From contig CP154954.1 in the NCBI GenBank assembly GCA_039621445.1, forward strand, positions 47,099,847-47,163,846: DNA of 64,000 nt, given 5' to 3'. A program made the translations under genes and the position numbers. Shown here one piece after another: positions 47,856 to 59,439 of this stretch (the first letter of the stretch is position 1; each line of letters begins with the position of its first letter). This DNA comes from Euglena gracilis (lineage: Eukaryota). The notes beneath the pieces were generated by a model that saw nothing but the letters and a program-made list of their open reading frames with translations, was not told the DNA's origin and did no database searches.

Positions 47856-50800
47856 CTCGGGACACCCCGGGCTCCGCACTTTACCCTTGTGAGGCCATGC
47901 TTTTCTCGCCGACGGTGCTGTGTGATTGCTAGCTGCGCTTGGTTAGGGTACCCGGTTAGTTCCTTTTTTTGGCCGGAGTTGGCTGACTCTTAAATTGCCC
48001 TTCGACAACCCGGAATTGAGGAAGTGAGTTTCAAACGCAGGAGAACCAAAAGGACAAGTCAATGTCAAAAAAATATTCAGAAGTAGACGAGCCAGACGAA
48101 TTTCAATTGACAAGTCAATTATCAATTTCAAAATCGGCTTCAATGAACAATGAAGTGGGGATGAAGCTTGAATTTTTCGGTCGACGCGAACTACCTGGAG
48201 CAGCTGTCGCCGTGGCAGCCGGAGGACCTGGAGGTGCAGACGACATGTGGCGAACCGTGGCCGCCCCCCGATCCCACCGTCAGAAATTTCCCAGCAGAAA
48301 ATCCAACCGAGTGACGGCCACGGCCTGTGGACCACAGTGGCGAGAAAGACCAGAAGAAAGAAGGAACCCCCAGCGCAGCAGAAACGCCTGGGCATTGGAG
48401 CCCAATCAAGCAAGATGGGACAAAAGCAGACCAGAGGATTCCAAAGACATGTTCCACAACGGCGCCCAGTCGCCAGAACACAATTTGAACAGAAGTGGAG
48501 AAGATGGAAGCAAGGCCAAGGTGGAGGCCACGTTGGCCAATTCCAAAAGAAATTACCTTCAGGAAGGGGCAGAAGAGGTCTGCCAAATCCCCCAAACTTT
48601 CTAAAACAACTACCCATCCAAAGGGAAGGGGGGGGAGGCACAGCAACCCCCCAAGCTTTCAAGCGGAGCTGGAGACCAACGTCAAGCTCAGGTGAGATCA
48701 TAGCCAAGGAGGCCAGAGTTCGAATCATTTGCTTTTGCACGGCCATGGAGGTCATTATCTTCATGGACATGGCAGCCATTATCTTCAGGACCAAGATGGC
48801 CAGAACTCACAGGGCCATGGGAACCAAAGGGGTGTTCCATAACTGGCCCCCCAGAAGCAAAGCTGCTAACCTTATCATATCAATCAATTCCAGCAGCCCC
48901 AGGAAGATGCCCCAGACAGGGAAAAGGATGACAAGGGATGATTAATTCTTTTTTCCCATGGAAGGGGAAATCAAAGGGGGCAACTTGAAGGGCCCCTCTA
49001 TGGTATGTAAGCAGACAACCGGAATGAAAAGATGGAGGACCAGAGAGTCTGTGAGAGAGAGGGTGTGTGCATGAACACCCCCATCAATTACATTCTTTTC
49101 AAACCCTGGGAAATGAGGGTTGTGAAATGTCCCAAAGCCCCAACCCATATCCCAGAAAATTAATTGATCAAGGGAATAAATTCATTGGAGGAAAAGTGGG
49201 GGGACACCCCCTTGCACCAGAGACTGCAAAAAAGTCCAAAATGGCGGCTGAAAAATGCCCCCCTCCCCAGCCACCTGCCAACTCATAAAAGATAGCATTC
49301 ACCCCCCCCCCTTGGGTCAAACCCCCAATATTATCCACACATCCAAAAAAACAGAACCAACCTGGACCTGAAACAGGCCGAAACAATCCTGTCGGACTAC
49401 AAAACAATGGGTCCAGAAAGAGGGTTCAGGATTCAGGAACCCAACATCTAATTCCCTGATTCCTGATATCAAAGCCAGAAGGGGAACAAACGAAGTGGAG
49501 GTTCATAAGCGACTGCAGGGAAATAAACCAAACTTCTCCCGTGAAAGATTTTCAAAGTAGATCACATTCAAAACATTTTCCCAGTTTTGCATAAAGGCCA
49601 CTGGGCGGCAAAAATCGACTTAAAAGGCGCATATTTTCACCTTCCAGTGAACCCAGCCCCAAAACCCTTTCTAAAGCATCAGGTGGGGGGCAAACCTGGG
49701 AATTCCAGGCAGGCTGTTTTGGCCGAAGTGTGATGCAACAAATTTTTATGTCAGTCATGAAGACATTCGAAAAACGTCGGAGGAAAAATGGACTCCAGGT
49801 TTTATTTACCTGGACGACATTTTATTGGTTGCACCCACCCAAAATAAATTGCAAAAACACTTGAGCAGGGTGGTCAGTGACCTAATCGATTCGGGGTTCA
49901 AAATAAATGTCAAAAAGTCAACCTTGAAGCCCACACAGGTTGTAAGCCACTTGGGCTTCCAGTTAAATTTCCAAGAGGGAAAATGCAAATTGCCCCCCGA
50001 AAAGTGAAAACAATAGAAAAGGAGCTTAAAAAAACAGCGAAAAAAGATTTCATGTCGAAAAGGCAGTTGGCTGCCAGGCCAAATCAGGTGCAACCTCATG
50101 GCCCTGCACCTTTTATTTAAGGGCTTTCACAGATCCCCTGACAACATTTTGGGTCTAAAAGTCTGCAGCCGCATGGGACTCAAAGCATTCCATTTCACAG
50201 AACATAAAAGCCCATTTGATGGAAACATAAAATCTGCTAGACACCTGGAGGGAGACCTTTCCCCCAAAGTGCAACAAGGGGTTTACACTGCGACAGGAGC
50301 ACCCATTCCTGGAGGGGGGGGGGCTGGACGTTCATGTCCCGGAGTTTGGAGAGAGAGCTCCATTTTTCATGTCAATATAAAAGAATTACGTGCCATCAGC
50401 ACAGTGAAAAGTCTAAGCAGGCCAGGGGAAACGGTGGACAATCAGGTGATTTATTATTTCCTGACAAAGGGGGGGGGCAGAAAAGGCCCTTTCAACAGCC
50501 GTCTACGGCCATTTTTCAAATGGTGCAAGGAAATTCTTTAAATCTACAAGTGAAATGGGTTCCTTCAGAGGAATGCTTAGCAGACCCCATAAGCAGGTGG
50601 CAATAAGACAGGGGGGATCACTCACTCCCAGCTCTTTCAGTGGCTAAGGCTGCATTTCAAAGACTTCATAAATTTGGAAACAGATTTATTTGCCTCCCCA
50701 GGCAACAAAAAACTGACAAATTTTGTAGCCAGATGGCCCCACTGAGATGCCACAGCAGTGGAAGCTCTCCAATGCCCACTGACAACATTGGGGACTATAT

Positions 50801-52380
50801 GCCAACCCCCCCCCCCTGTCAATAATTACAAAATTCCTCCCATGATTGAAAATTTTCCCCCAGACCGAAGTTTTGATGGTCACCCCGTTTTGGAATTCAG
50901 CCACGTGGTGGCCCCAATTATATTAATAAAGATGAAAGTTCCAGGGACCACCTGCGTGAAAATGCATGATTTGCTCAGGAAAAATATTGGATGGGGAATA
51001 AATACAAATAAAACCATTGAATGTTTCCTGTGGAGAAATCCCAGCCTAAGGCGTTATCAAAGCGGTTTTGCGCTTCTTTGGGTTATTTTGGAGAAAATGC
51101 CCCCCCACCCCCTAAAGCCACCACAGACCAAGTGGCTGACGCCTTGACCTAAATATTCTAATTTTCAAAAACCCAGGCCAGTAATACATACAGGGTTAGG
51201 GTTAGGGTTATGGTTAGGGTTAGGGTTAGGGTTAGGGTCAGGGTTAGGGTTAGGGTTAGGGTTAGGGTTAGGGTTACCGTTAGGGTTACGGTTTGGGCTA
51301 GGTTTAGGGCTATGCTTTTGATCTCTGGGTTTGGTGGACTGAGATTCCACACCATGTTAGCACCTTACCAAAAGACTTTGGAACCAAAACTTGGAGAAAT
51401 ACGGTGCATTTTCGGACACCCTCCCAAAACCCCCTCCGAATACTCCAAGGGCTGGCCTAAGCTCCCTTCCCCAGTGATATTTGTACATTGCGTACACAGC
51501 TCATTTTTTGTGCCCGAATCCTCTGTTTTTCTCGACCTTCTGATTTGGAAAGAATCAAGCGTACAAATTTGGCGTAAAGGCCCAAAGCTCCACAAGTGGG
51601 AGAGAGTTGTGACACTTCCCCAATGTCCACAAATCAGCCCTTTTCATTTGATGATGTCCTATGTGGCTGCCACACGTTCATACGTCAGACCTGGGGTTGC
51701 CCTCCTCATTTCACTAAAACCCCCTCATAAAACCATAAGTGCTGACACAATTGCTTCAATGACCGAAGATTATTTGGCCAAAAAAGAGGCACCCCCCAGG
51801 TGTGGGGGACCCATTGCACCAGAGGGGCTGGAGTTAGTTTACTCAAAAAATTAGGCCTTTCTGCCCAAGAAGTTCGTGAAATTGGCCAGTGGAGGAGGGT
51901 GGAGGCATTTACAGCCCATTATCAACGACTTGGTTCCCAAGGTTCCTTAGAAAATGCCCTGCCCCCCCTAATTCTAGTGCGCAATCAGGCCTCACAAAGG
52001 GCAAAGTGTGGAGCCCAAGGTGTCTCGTACTCCCTCGAGGAAAACCGACAAGGGAGGAAGGGACACCGAGGGCGAACCACAAAGACATTGTGAGCCCGAC
52101 CCGCCCACCCGTGAAAGAAAATTTGTTTTCAAGAGCCCTGGGTCAAAAGAAAACGGGAGCCAGGGACCCCCCCCCCCCGAGGAGCAAGAAGCCACGTCGC
52201 CACGTCGGAGCAGCATCATCAGCCAACCGGGGACTCCTAACCCAGCGCAGCGAGCAATCATACAACACCGCCGGCGAGCAAGGCATGGCCTCACAAGGTT
52301 TTTGTGCTTCGACCTCGGTGTCCCTTCCTCACTTGTCGGTTTTCCTCGAGGGCGTACAAGAGGGCAGCGGAGGCTGGGGA
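47856..52380 (+). mobile_element. DIRS-type tyrosine-recombinase retrotransposon, decayed (copy A)
   Basis: RT remnants (KIDLK near 49610; YLDDILLV at 49807), RNase H (HVNIKEL, WVPSEECLADPISR), DLFASPG methyltransferase-like motif, YR (WGTHCTRGAG, IGQW); inverted terminal sequences 47860-47960 versus 51988-52030 and 52225-52298; many frameshifts. Confidence 0.85.
51192..51309 (+). repeat. Interstitial telomeric repeat (TTAGGG)n
   Basis: About 19 units, decaying at the 3' end, inside the YR ORF of DIRS copy A. Confidence 0.95.
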
Positions 52381-52399
52381 ATGCAGAAGCCGCAGAATC

Positions 52400-53425
52400 T
52401 TAGGTAGCGGCAGCAAAACCCCAGTCCGTGGCCGTCACAAGCCCCCACCCCCGGAAAGACAGCGAATTTACAAGGCCAAGGCAATGTCCAGCATTATCAC
52501 AAAGACTGGGGCTATGTCAGTCACCAATATCAACAGGAAGGGAGTCTGCAGCAACAGGTCAAACAGACACTCCCCAAGGGCAGCAGATCCAGGCAGGGCA
52601 TCAGCCCTTCAGGTCAAGGCCCTGGTGGCCATCATTTCCAGGTTCAAGCTATGGAAGCCAACACTATCAAAAGCCATGACAGCCGTCGTCTTCATGAAGC
52701 CGAAAGACTGCAGCAACAATTTCAATCACAAGGCTACCAGGTTCGTACAAGGCACTCTTGGGGGGCGGAGGCCCAGGCCCATTTCAGAAAGGGCCTCCCA
52801 GAAGCTAAATGATTGCACTACCACACCCTTATATACACCTCCCCACTGCAGACAACACAGACTTTCCTCCGTAGGTAAAACGTTGAGGGAAAGCCTGTCT
52901 TTGAGCAACCCTCTGGTAGGGCCAGAAGTGACCCTAGTGATGGGGCACCCAAAGGGAAAGGTTCTCCCCAGTGTCGGGCATGTGGAATGCCCAGACACTT
53001 TAAAAACAGGGTGGACCCCTACAGGGCCCCATTGGCAGAAAGCAGAAGCCGAACAAGGAGGTGCTAAACCTCATCAGAGAGGGGGTTGTGGCAGATCTGC
53101 CCCTTCCCCCTCAAATGTCTTTAGAAAACTCCCTTCAAATAACCCCAAGAAAATGTCTGCTCAAAGAATTCTGAAGGAAAACGGATTTTCAACAGCAACC
53201 AGACAAATCACCCCAGAAGAGGCATTTTTTTCTTTTGTCATCATTTCCAAGAAAAGAGAATGAAAGACAAGTGAAAGACTAATTTGACACTGTAGACAAT
53301 TAAATATCCACTCCACCCACCAGAAATTCAGAATGGAACACATGGGAGACATTCTCCCATATTTAATAAAAGTTGGTTCTCTGGAAAAAAATCGACCTCA
53401 AAGATGCTTATGTTCATTTAACTGT
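52400..53425 (+). mobile_element. DIRS-type fragment (gag end and RT start)
   Basis: Ends at KIDLKDAYVHL (about 53388-53420); similar to the RT N-terminus of neighbouring copies. Confidence 0.7.
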
Positions 53426-54335
53426 GATTGATTTTAATTGCAACACAAAACAAAATAATGGAACAGATAAAGAGAAAAAACCCGTGAGAATATGTTTTTG
53501 ATGCAGCTGATGGGCAGTTAAATTTCGGTTGAGTGCGCTGATTCCTAAGCGCTCTCATAACCAAAATTTCTGCTCCGTGCATGAACCAACCCAAATAAAA
53601 ATTATGGTTTCCCTCCTTTATTTTGATAAACTATGCTGAATTCCATCATTATTGAGCCTTACAAACCCCTGCAAAAACTGCGGGAATTCAGGCGCCAATC
53701 TCAGAAAATTCTGCTCCAAGGGCTCGCAATCACCCTCACCAAATCCAACATTTTCCCTGAAAACCAAAGGAAAACTGCATAAAAAGCCTAAAGCACGCTA
53801 AATCGGCCCAAAATCACCATTTAGGAATACCTAGAATAAGTCAATCCTTCTCCTTGCACAACCATCCCATGGGCGCCTTGGAGAGAAATTTTTTTAAGGA
53901 AATGTTCAGAAAACTTTAAAATTCGAGCTAAACCGCCCCAAAAAGGACTTTTGAAGAGGAAAAGGTCCGCCGCCCGGTGGTCGGCCTCAAACGGTCATTA
54001 GCTAACCCCCCCTTAATAGTGCCCCCCCCCCCCGAATGGAAGCCCCCCTCGGTTTTCGACCAAAATTCCGAATATTCCCCCTCCCGGACGGTAGGCCCCT
54101 GCCAGTAGATCAGTCAATTGGGGCGGATGGCAATTTGGTTTCTTCAGGCATTGGCTAAATGAGGGTTGGGATATTTTATGTTTCATGATCCGGTGCATCC
54201 ACAAGAGAAACATTTGCAGCAAATTTGACATGGTTTGGAAGGATAGGACATGTGGAGTTCCAGGGCTTGTTTGCCTGGGGCGTAGGATCGAATTCTCTTT
54301 CTCTCCGGTCGGGCCGTTCTTTTTACCCCCGTGGG

Positions 54336-54408
54336 GGTACCCGCCGGGACTCGAACCGGGATCTTTGGGACCACAACCGAGTGCCAGATCCACTCGGGTA
54401 CCGGTGGC
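54336..54408 (-). pseudogene. tRNA-His(GTG)-like sequence (pseudo-tRNA or SINE head), copy 1
   Basis: GCCACCGGTACCCGAGTGG...TTGTGGT...GGTTCGAGTCC; A-box-like and B-box motifs, GTG loop, poorly paired acceptor and anticodon stems. Confidence 0.55.
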
Positions 54409-54643
54409 GATAATTAAGGCGTGCCGCCTGCAGGGCCTTCTCCGGTCTTGACCCTGGGCTATCGCCCGATTACCGCCAGGTGGTCCGCCCGCGTTCGCTT
54501 GGGGTAGTTGGCCGGCCTCGAACCGGCCACACTCCCCTTCCTCGGGAATCAACCTCTGCTACCAGTTCCAGGGCTTGTTTGCCTGGGGCGTAGGATCGAA
54601 TTCTCTTTCTCTCCGGTCGGGCCGTCCTTTTTACCCCCGTGGG

Positions 54644-54716
54644 GGTACCCGCCGGGACTCGAACCGGGATCTTTGGGACCACAACCGAGTGCCAGATCCA
54701 CTCGGGTACCGGTGGC
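54644..54716 (-). pseudogene. tRNA-His(GTG)-like sequence, copy 2
   Basis: Same sequence as copy 1, 308 bp downstream. Confidence 0.55.
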
Positions 54717-55019
54717 GATAATTAAGGTGTGCCGCCTGCAGGGCCTTCTCCGGTCTCGACCCTGGGCTATCGCCCGATTACCGCCAGGTGGTCCGCCCGC
54801 GTTCGCTTGGGGTAGTTGGCCGGCCTCGAACCGGCCACAGTGGGCCCACAAAGAAATTTCTTCGATAATTCTCGGACACCCTGGTTTTCGACCACTTTTC
54901 CGAAAAGTGTCCCCCCTCCCCGAATAGAAGCCCCCACCCCCTCGGTTTTCGTCCAACGTTCCGAATAGAAGCCCCAGGGGGCTTCTATTGGGGAGGGGTT
55001 AGTACAGTAGAGTGGGTAG

Positions 55020-58000
55020 TCACACTAGAACAAAACACAAACACCAAGTCAGGCAGCGCGACACTTCGGGCACCGCACGTCCCTAAGGTGAGCCATGCCT
55101 TATTTGCCAGAGTTTTGAAGGTGAAGTTTTTGGAAAGGTTATCTTTGCGCATGTAGTGCTCTGTTTTGCCTGTTTTCCTGTTTGCCTATTTTTCCTTTTT
55201 TGTCTCTATATTGGCTGTTCTCAATTGCCCTATGGCAGAAGTACTGGTGCAGTTTATCTCAGCGACAGACCCTACAGAGATACAATCCCTTTGCAATGCT
55301 ATTTTTTTCGTGGCAAAAGCACTTGGAGTATCGCCTCAATGGACTACAATGAGGTTCGTGGTAGCAGTGGAGCAGCTGTGTGGAGAGGCCATGGTGGCCG
55401 CATCAACCAAACCTACATCGAAGCGTGGCTCTTCTCGCTCACCCTCGCGTGCGAGGTGGCGATGGGGCCGTCGTTGAGTTGACGGACAAACAGGCCTCCG
55501 TGGCCTACAAGCTCTGAAAGTCCAGGCGCTGCGAAGCAGGGATGGAGTCGTTCCCCGGAAGCTGCAGCACCTGAAGGTGCGGCGATGACATTGGAAACTA
55601 ACAGGGAAGCGCACGCGACGACGCAGGACAACGAGGAAGAGCCCCTGGAGTCGGAGTAAACCCGCCAGAGCCTGTGGGCGGACCCGGAGAAGGTCCTTCT
55701 CCAGCAGCAAGCGGGCTCTTTGACTTTGGATATCCGTTCTTGATTAGAAGGGTTACCCAAGTTCCAAGGCCTAAGGACAAGCCAGAGGTCAACAACCACC
55801 GGTGGTACTCCACCCCAAAGTTAGACAACCTGCTTTGGGCCAGACAGCAAATAATTTTGAGTTTGTTGAGGACGTATGCAATGATTCGCGAAGGAGTGCA
55901 GGCTAACAAGCTCGTATTGAACCAGTAGTTATTCTACCTGCTGTTGTAACTGGACGTCTGGTTGGTGGGCGGAGAGGAAGAAGGCCTCCCTGCCCCTGCC
56001 CAAGTCGGTGGAACAGATGGAGCAGAAGTTGTTCTTGGCGGATGACCTGAAGATTCAACAGGAGGCGGAGTAGATCAAAAAAGTCAAAGGTTGTTTCTCC
56101 AGCCTTGGAGATTTTTCCAATGCTTCCCCCTCCATCACTGGTCATTCCCAGAAGGGAATGTCGTGTACTTCACTTTCCACAGATGGAGGATTCAAGTTCA
56201 AGAAGTGTGGAAAAGCAAAAAGTGGAGGAGAATGGCGAAGATTTGGAGAAGGACAAGGCAAAGAGGGGTGGAAGAGAGGAGGAAAATTCAAACGCAGCGG
56301 CAAGCCCTGCCCAGCTGCCTCAGCAGCCTCGGGGAAGGGGAAACCTCCAGAACCCCACCTGCCCAGCACCCACAGTGGGCTGCAGCAGGGCCCCAATGGC
56401 AGGAGCCACAGAGGCCTGGCCGCCCCCACAAGCCAAAGGTATCCCAGGTCTGTGCACACCCATCATTCATGCACATTCCCCCAGTATTCCAGTGGAGGAA
56501 ATGGTGAATCTTGCAGAAAGGGCCTGGGGGGACACACCACCACCCCAGAGGTTGAGAACATGTCTGCCCTGGTGCGAAAAACATGCCAGTCCTCACCTTG
56601 TTACACTGATCATGGAGGGGCTCACACCCCAGCCTTTCTGTGACAGGCAGAAAAGGCTCCAATTTGGAGCAAGCCAAAAAAAATTGTGGAAGATAACCAG
56701 AAATCTGGGGCTGTGTAAAACGCGGAAGCAGATGGCACAGCCCATCTGCTCCACTGCTCCCTCATTTCCAAATACGAAACCTCAGGGGAAATAAAATGGT
56801 GTTTTATTTCGGGATTGAAGAGAAATAAATGCACATTTCCAGGTGAAAAAGTTTACCCTGGATCACAGGCAGGGCATCTACACCCCCCTCCAGAAACGTC
56901 ACTGGGGGGCAAAATAGACTTAAATGTGCCTTATTTTCATCTACCCCAGCACGACACCCTAAAGCCTTATTTAAGGTGCAGGGTAGGAGACAATGTCTGG
57001 GAGTACCAAGCAGCCCCTTCTGGGCTAAACATGGTGCCCCAGGATTTACAGAAGAAGAATTCAGGTGTATGTATATTTCGACGACATACTAATCACAGCA
57101 CCTACACCAAACATCTCAGCATAGAGGATTTAAGGCCAGTGTGTTCAAAATAAATGTAAAGAAAATCCTGCTGCGGCCCTTCCAACTGGTGCCCCACTGG
57201 GTTTGCATCAATTTCCAGGATGGGAAACTGCAACTTTCCCGTCAAAGCGCAAAGGGGGTAAGAAAAGAACTAGGAAAGATCATCACAAAAAGCATCATGA
57301 CAAAAAGGCAGGAGGCGTCCATTTCAGGAAGAATGAGATCATCTCTCCTGGCCCTGCCCTTTTTTTAAGGGCTTTCACATGAATGCTCTCAAATTTTCTG
57401 GTAGATCACTCACCGGACCCTTGGGAGTCTCTCACCTCGTCTCCCAGGAAATAAAAGAGGAGGAAAAAATGTAAAAGATTTGCTGGGGAATTTTTCAGGA
57501 AGACGATTTGTTCAAAAAAAACACAACATCTTGCACTCAGACAGCAGCACCATGCACTGGGGGGGACTGTGCCCAGCATCATTAAAGTTCATCCAGGAGC
57601 ACTGGAGGGAAAAAAAATCCCTTCACGTAAATGTAAAGAACCCCTGGCTGCCACAAGCGCAGTCAGATCCCTGGCAAAAGCAAACGACAGAGTTCTGCCT
57701 GTGTGTGGACAATCGAGTAATCTTTTTAGTTAAGCAAGGGGGGAGAAAGAACCCTTTCAACAAAATTTCTCATCCATTTTTCCATTGGCTGATCCACAAT
57801 GTCACCCTGGAGGTGCAGTGGTCCGCTTCAGCCAATGCATAGCAGACCCACGCAGCAGTTCAGGACAAGACAGGGGGATTACTCCCTGGACAAAAAACTG
57901 TTTCGTCATCTGGAAAGAATTTTTCAGCCCTTCATCACACTCCAGACAGATCTTTTTGCCTCGCCAGAAATCAAAAGACTTACAGATTTTTTGTCCAGAT

Positions 58001-58790
58001 GGCCCCATTGGGAGGCAAAGGCAACAGATGCACTGCAGTGGCCACAGGAAAACCCGGGGGGGGGGGGGGCTCTATGCCAACCCCCCTGGTCCATAATTCA
58101 AAAAAATTCCGGCTACGCTGCAGCTTTTTCTCAAAGCAAGCGTTTTGATGGTGGTCCCCTTTTGGGATTCAGCAGCATGATGGCCCCTATCAATAAACCT
58201 GAAGGCCCCCCACACTCCATGTGTCAGAGTAAACCCTACCCGGAATTTCCAAAACTGTTGGGGATAAAAAAAATCTTACCCCTCCTTTGCCTGATCTGTT
58301 CAGGTCAATTTTCCAGGGCAGAAAAATTCTACCTGCATCCATTGATGACTTTGTAAGGTGGAATCCCAGCCCGAATACATATCAGAGTGGCTTTACACAT
58401 CTCTGGAACATCCTCCCGCAGGGGGGGTCCCCCCCACCAAGCATCATCTAATGAAATTGCTGATGCTGTTGTGCAATTGTTCAGAGTTTCCCACACACAG
58501 GCCAGAAATGCCCATTCAGGTGTGTTACTTCCACCAGGGGTTCGGGGAAAAATAAGATTTCACCCCCTTTAAATCCGTAAAAAAAAGCGTGGAACAAAAA
58601 TATTAAAAAATATGATGATGTCTGGAATCCCTGGCCTCTGCTGAGGCATCTGGCCTCAGCTCCATTCCCCTCCCTTCTGAACAACATTGCACCCTTACGA
58701 TTGCAACTCCTTCTTGTGTATTGCCTTTTAATGTTGCTCAGATCTTCAGATTTATCACAATGAACGTTGTTGAAGTTTATTAGATACAGG
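55020..58790 (+). mobile_element. DIRS-type retrotransposon, heavily decayed (copy D)
   Basis: KIDLNVPYFHL (RT), HSDSSTMHWGG and VDN (RNase H), TDLFASP and YANPP (methyltransferase-like), YR remnant at about 58350-58760. Confidence 0.8.
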
Positions 58791-59439
58791 CCCCTATGTA
58801 AAATTACAGGAAGCTCACCTCCTACGATTATTAAAGGGGCGGTTGGGTAGCGGGTGGATGGGCCATGCGTACAACCCTTCCTGGAATGAGGGCCACACTC
58901 ACACCGTCCCCTCCATACATCCAGGAACGTTGTGAGAAGAAAATGGAGACAATTACAAAGGGCCAAAAAATTGTGTGTGTGAGAGAATGGTTTCTTCACC
59001 AGACATTCCCAAAATCTCCTCCTTTCACCTTGGGGTTTATGTTTTGCCCTCGGTGTCTCCCCATCCACCTTGGTCTTCCTCGGGGTAGTGCCACTGCTGT
59101 CTTGCGCGTCGCCCAGACTGACTATACCATTGCTTAGCGACCGCTGGGGGGGTGACGGGGGGTCGCTTTCCACTCCGAAAAACCAGCCAGCCACCTCGGC
59201 CAAACCAGTCAGTCTTACTCCCCCCGGGGCGGGCCACTCTGGAAAACAAGTGACTTTTTTCGCCTTTCAAGGCCATTTTGCCAAAATTTTCTCCGGCGCC
59301 GGCTGGCCACTTTTGGGTGATTTTTGGCCTACTCCACCCTCCGGGGATCACGGCCAAAAAACCAGTCAGTCATCCCCCCCCGGGGTTGGACAGGTGTTGA
59401 ACAATGGTCTGACCTGGACGCTTCCGCACAAGATGAAGT

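Larger units (their letters stand above)
53998..55009. mobile_element. TIR element enclosing a 308-bp-period tandem duplication (54256-54531 / 54564-54839)
   Basis: ctaacccccccttaatagtgcccc versus ggggcttctattggggaggggttag; the two internal copies are nearly identical. Confidence 0.6.

Noticed and set aside
51192-51309. True telomere or chromosome end
   Set aside because: Short, internal, and flanked on both sides by colinear retrotransposon sequence.
54336-54716. Functional tRNA-His genes
   Set aside because: Acceptor and anticodon stems pair poorly and the T stem has a mismatch.
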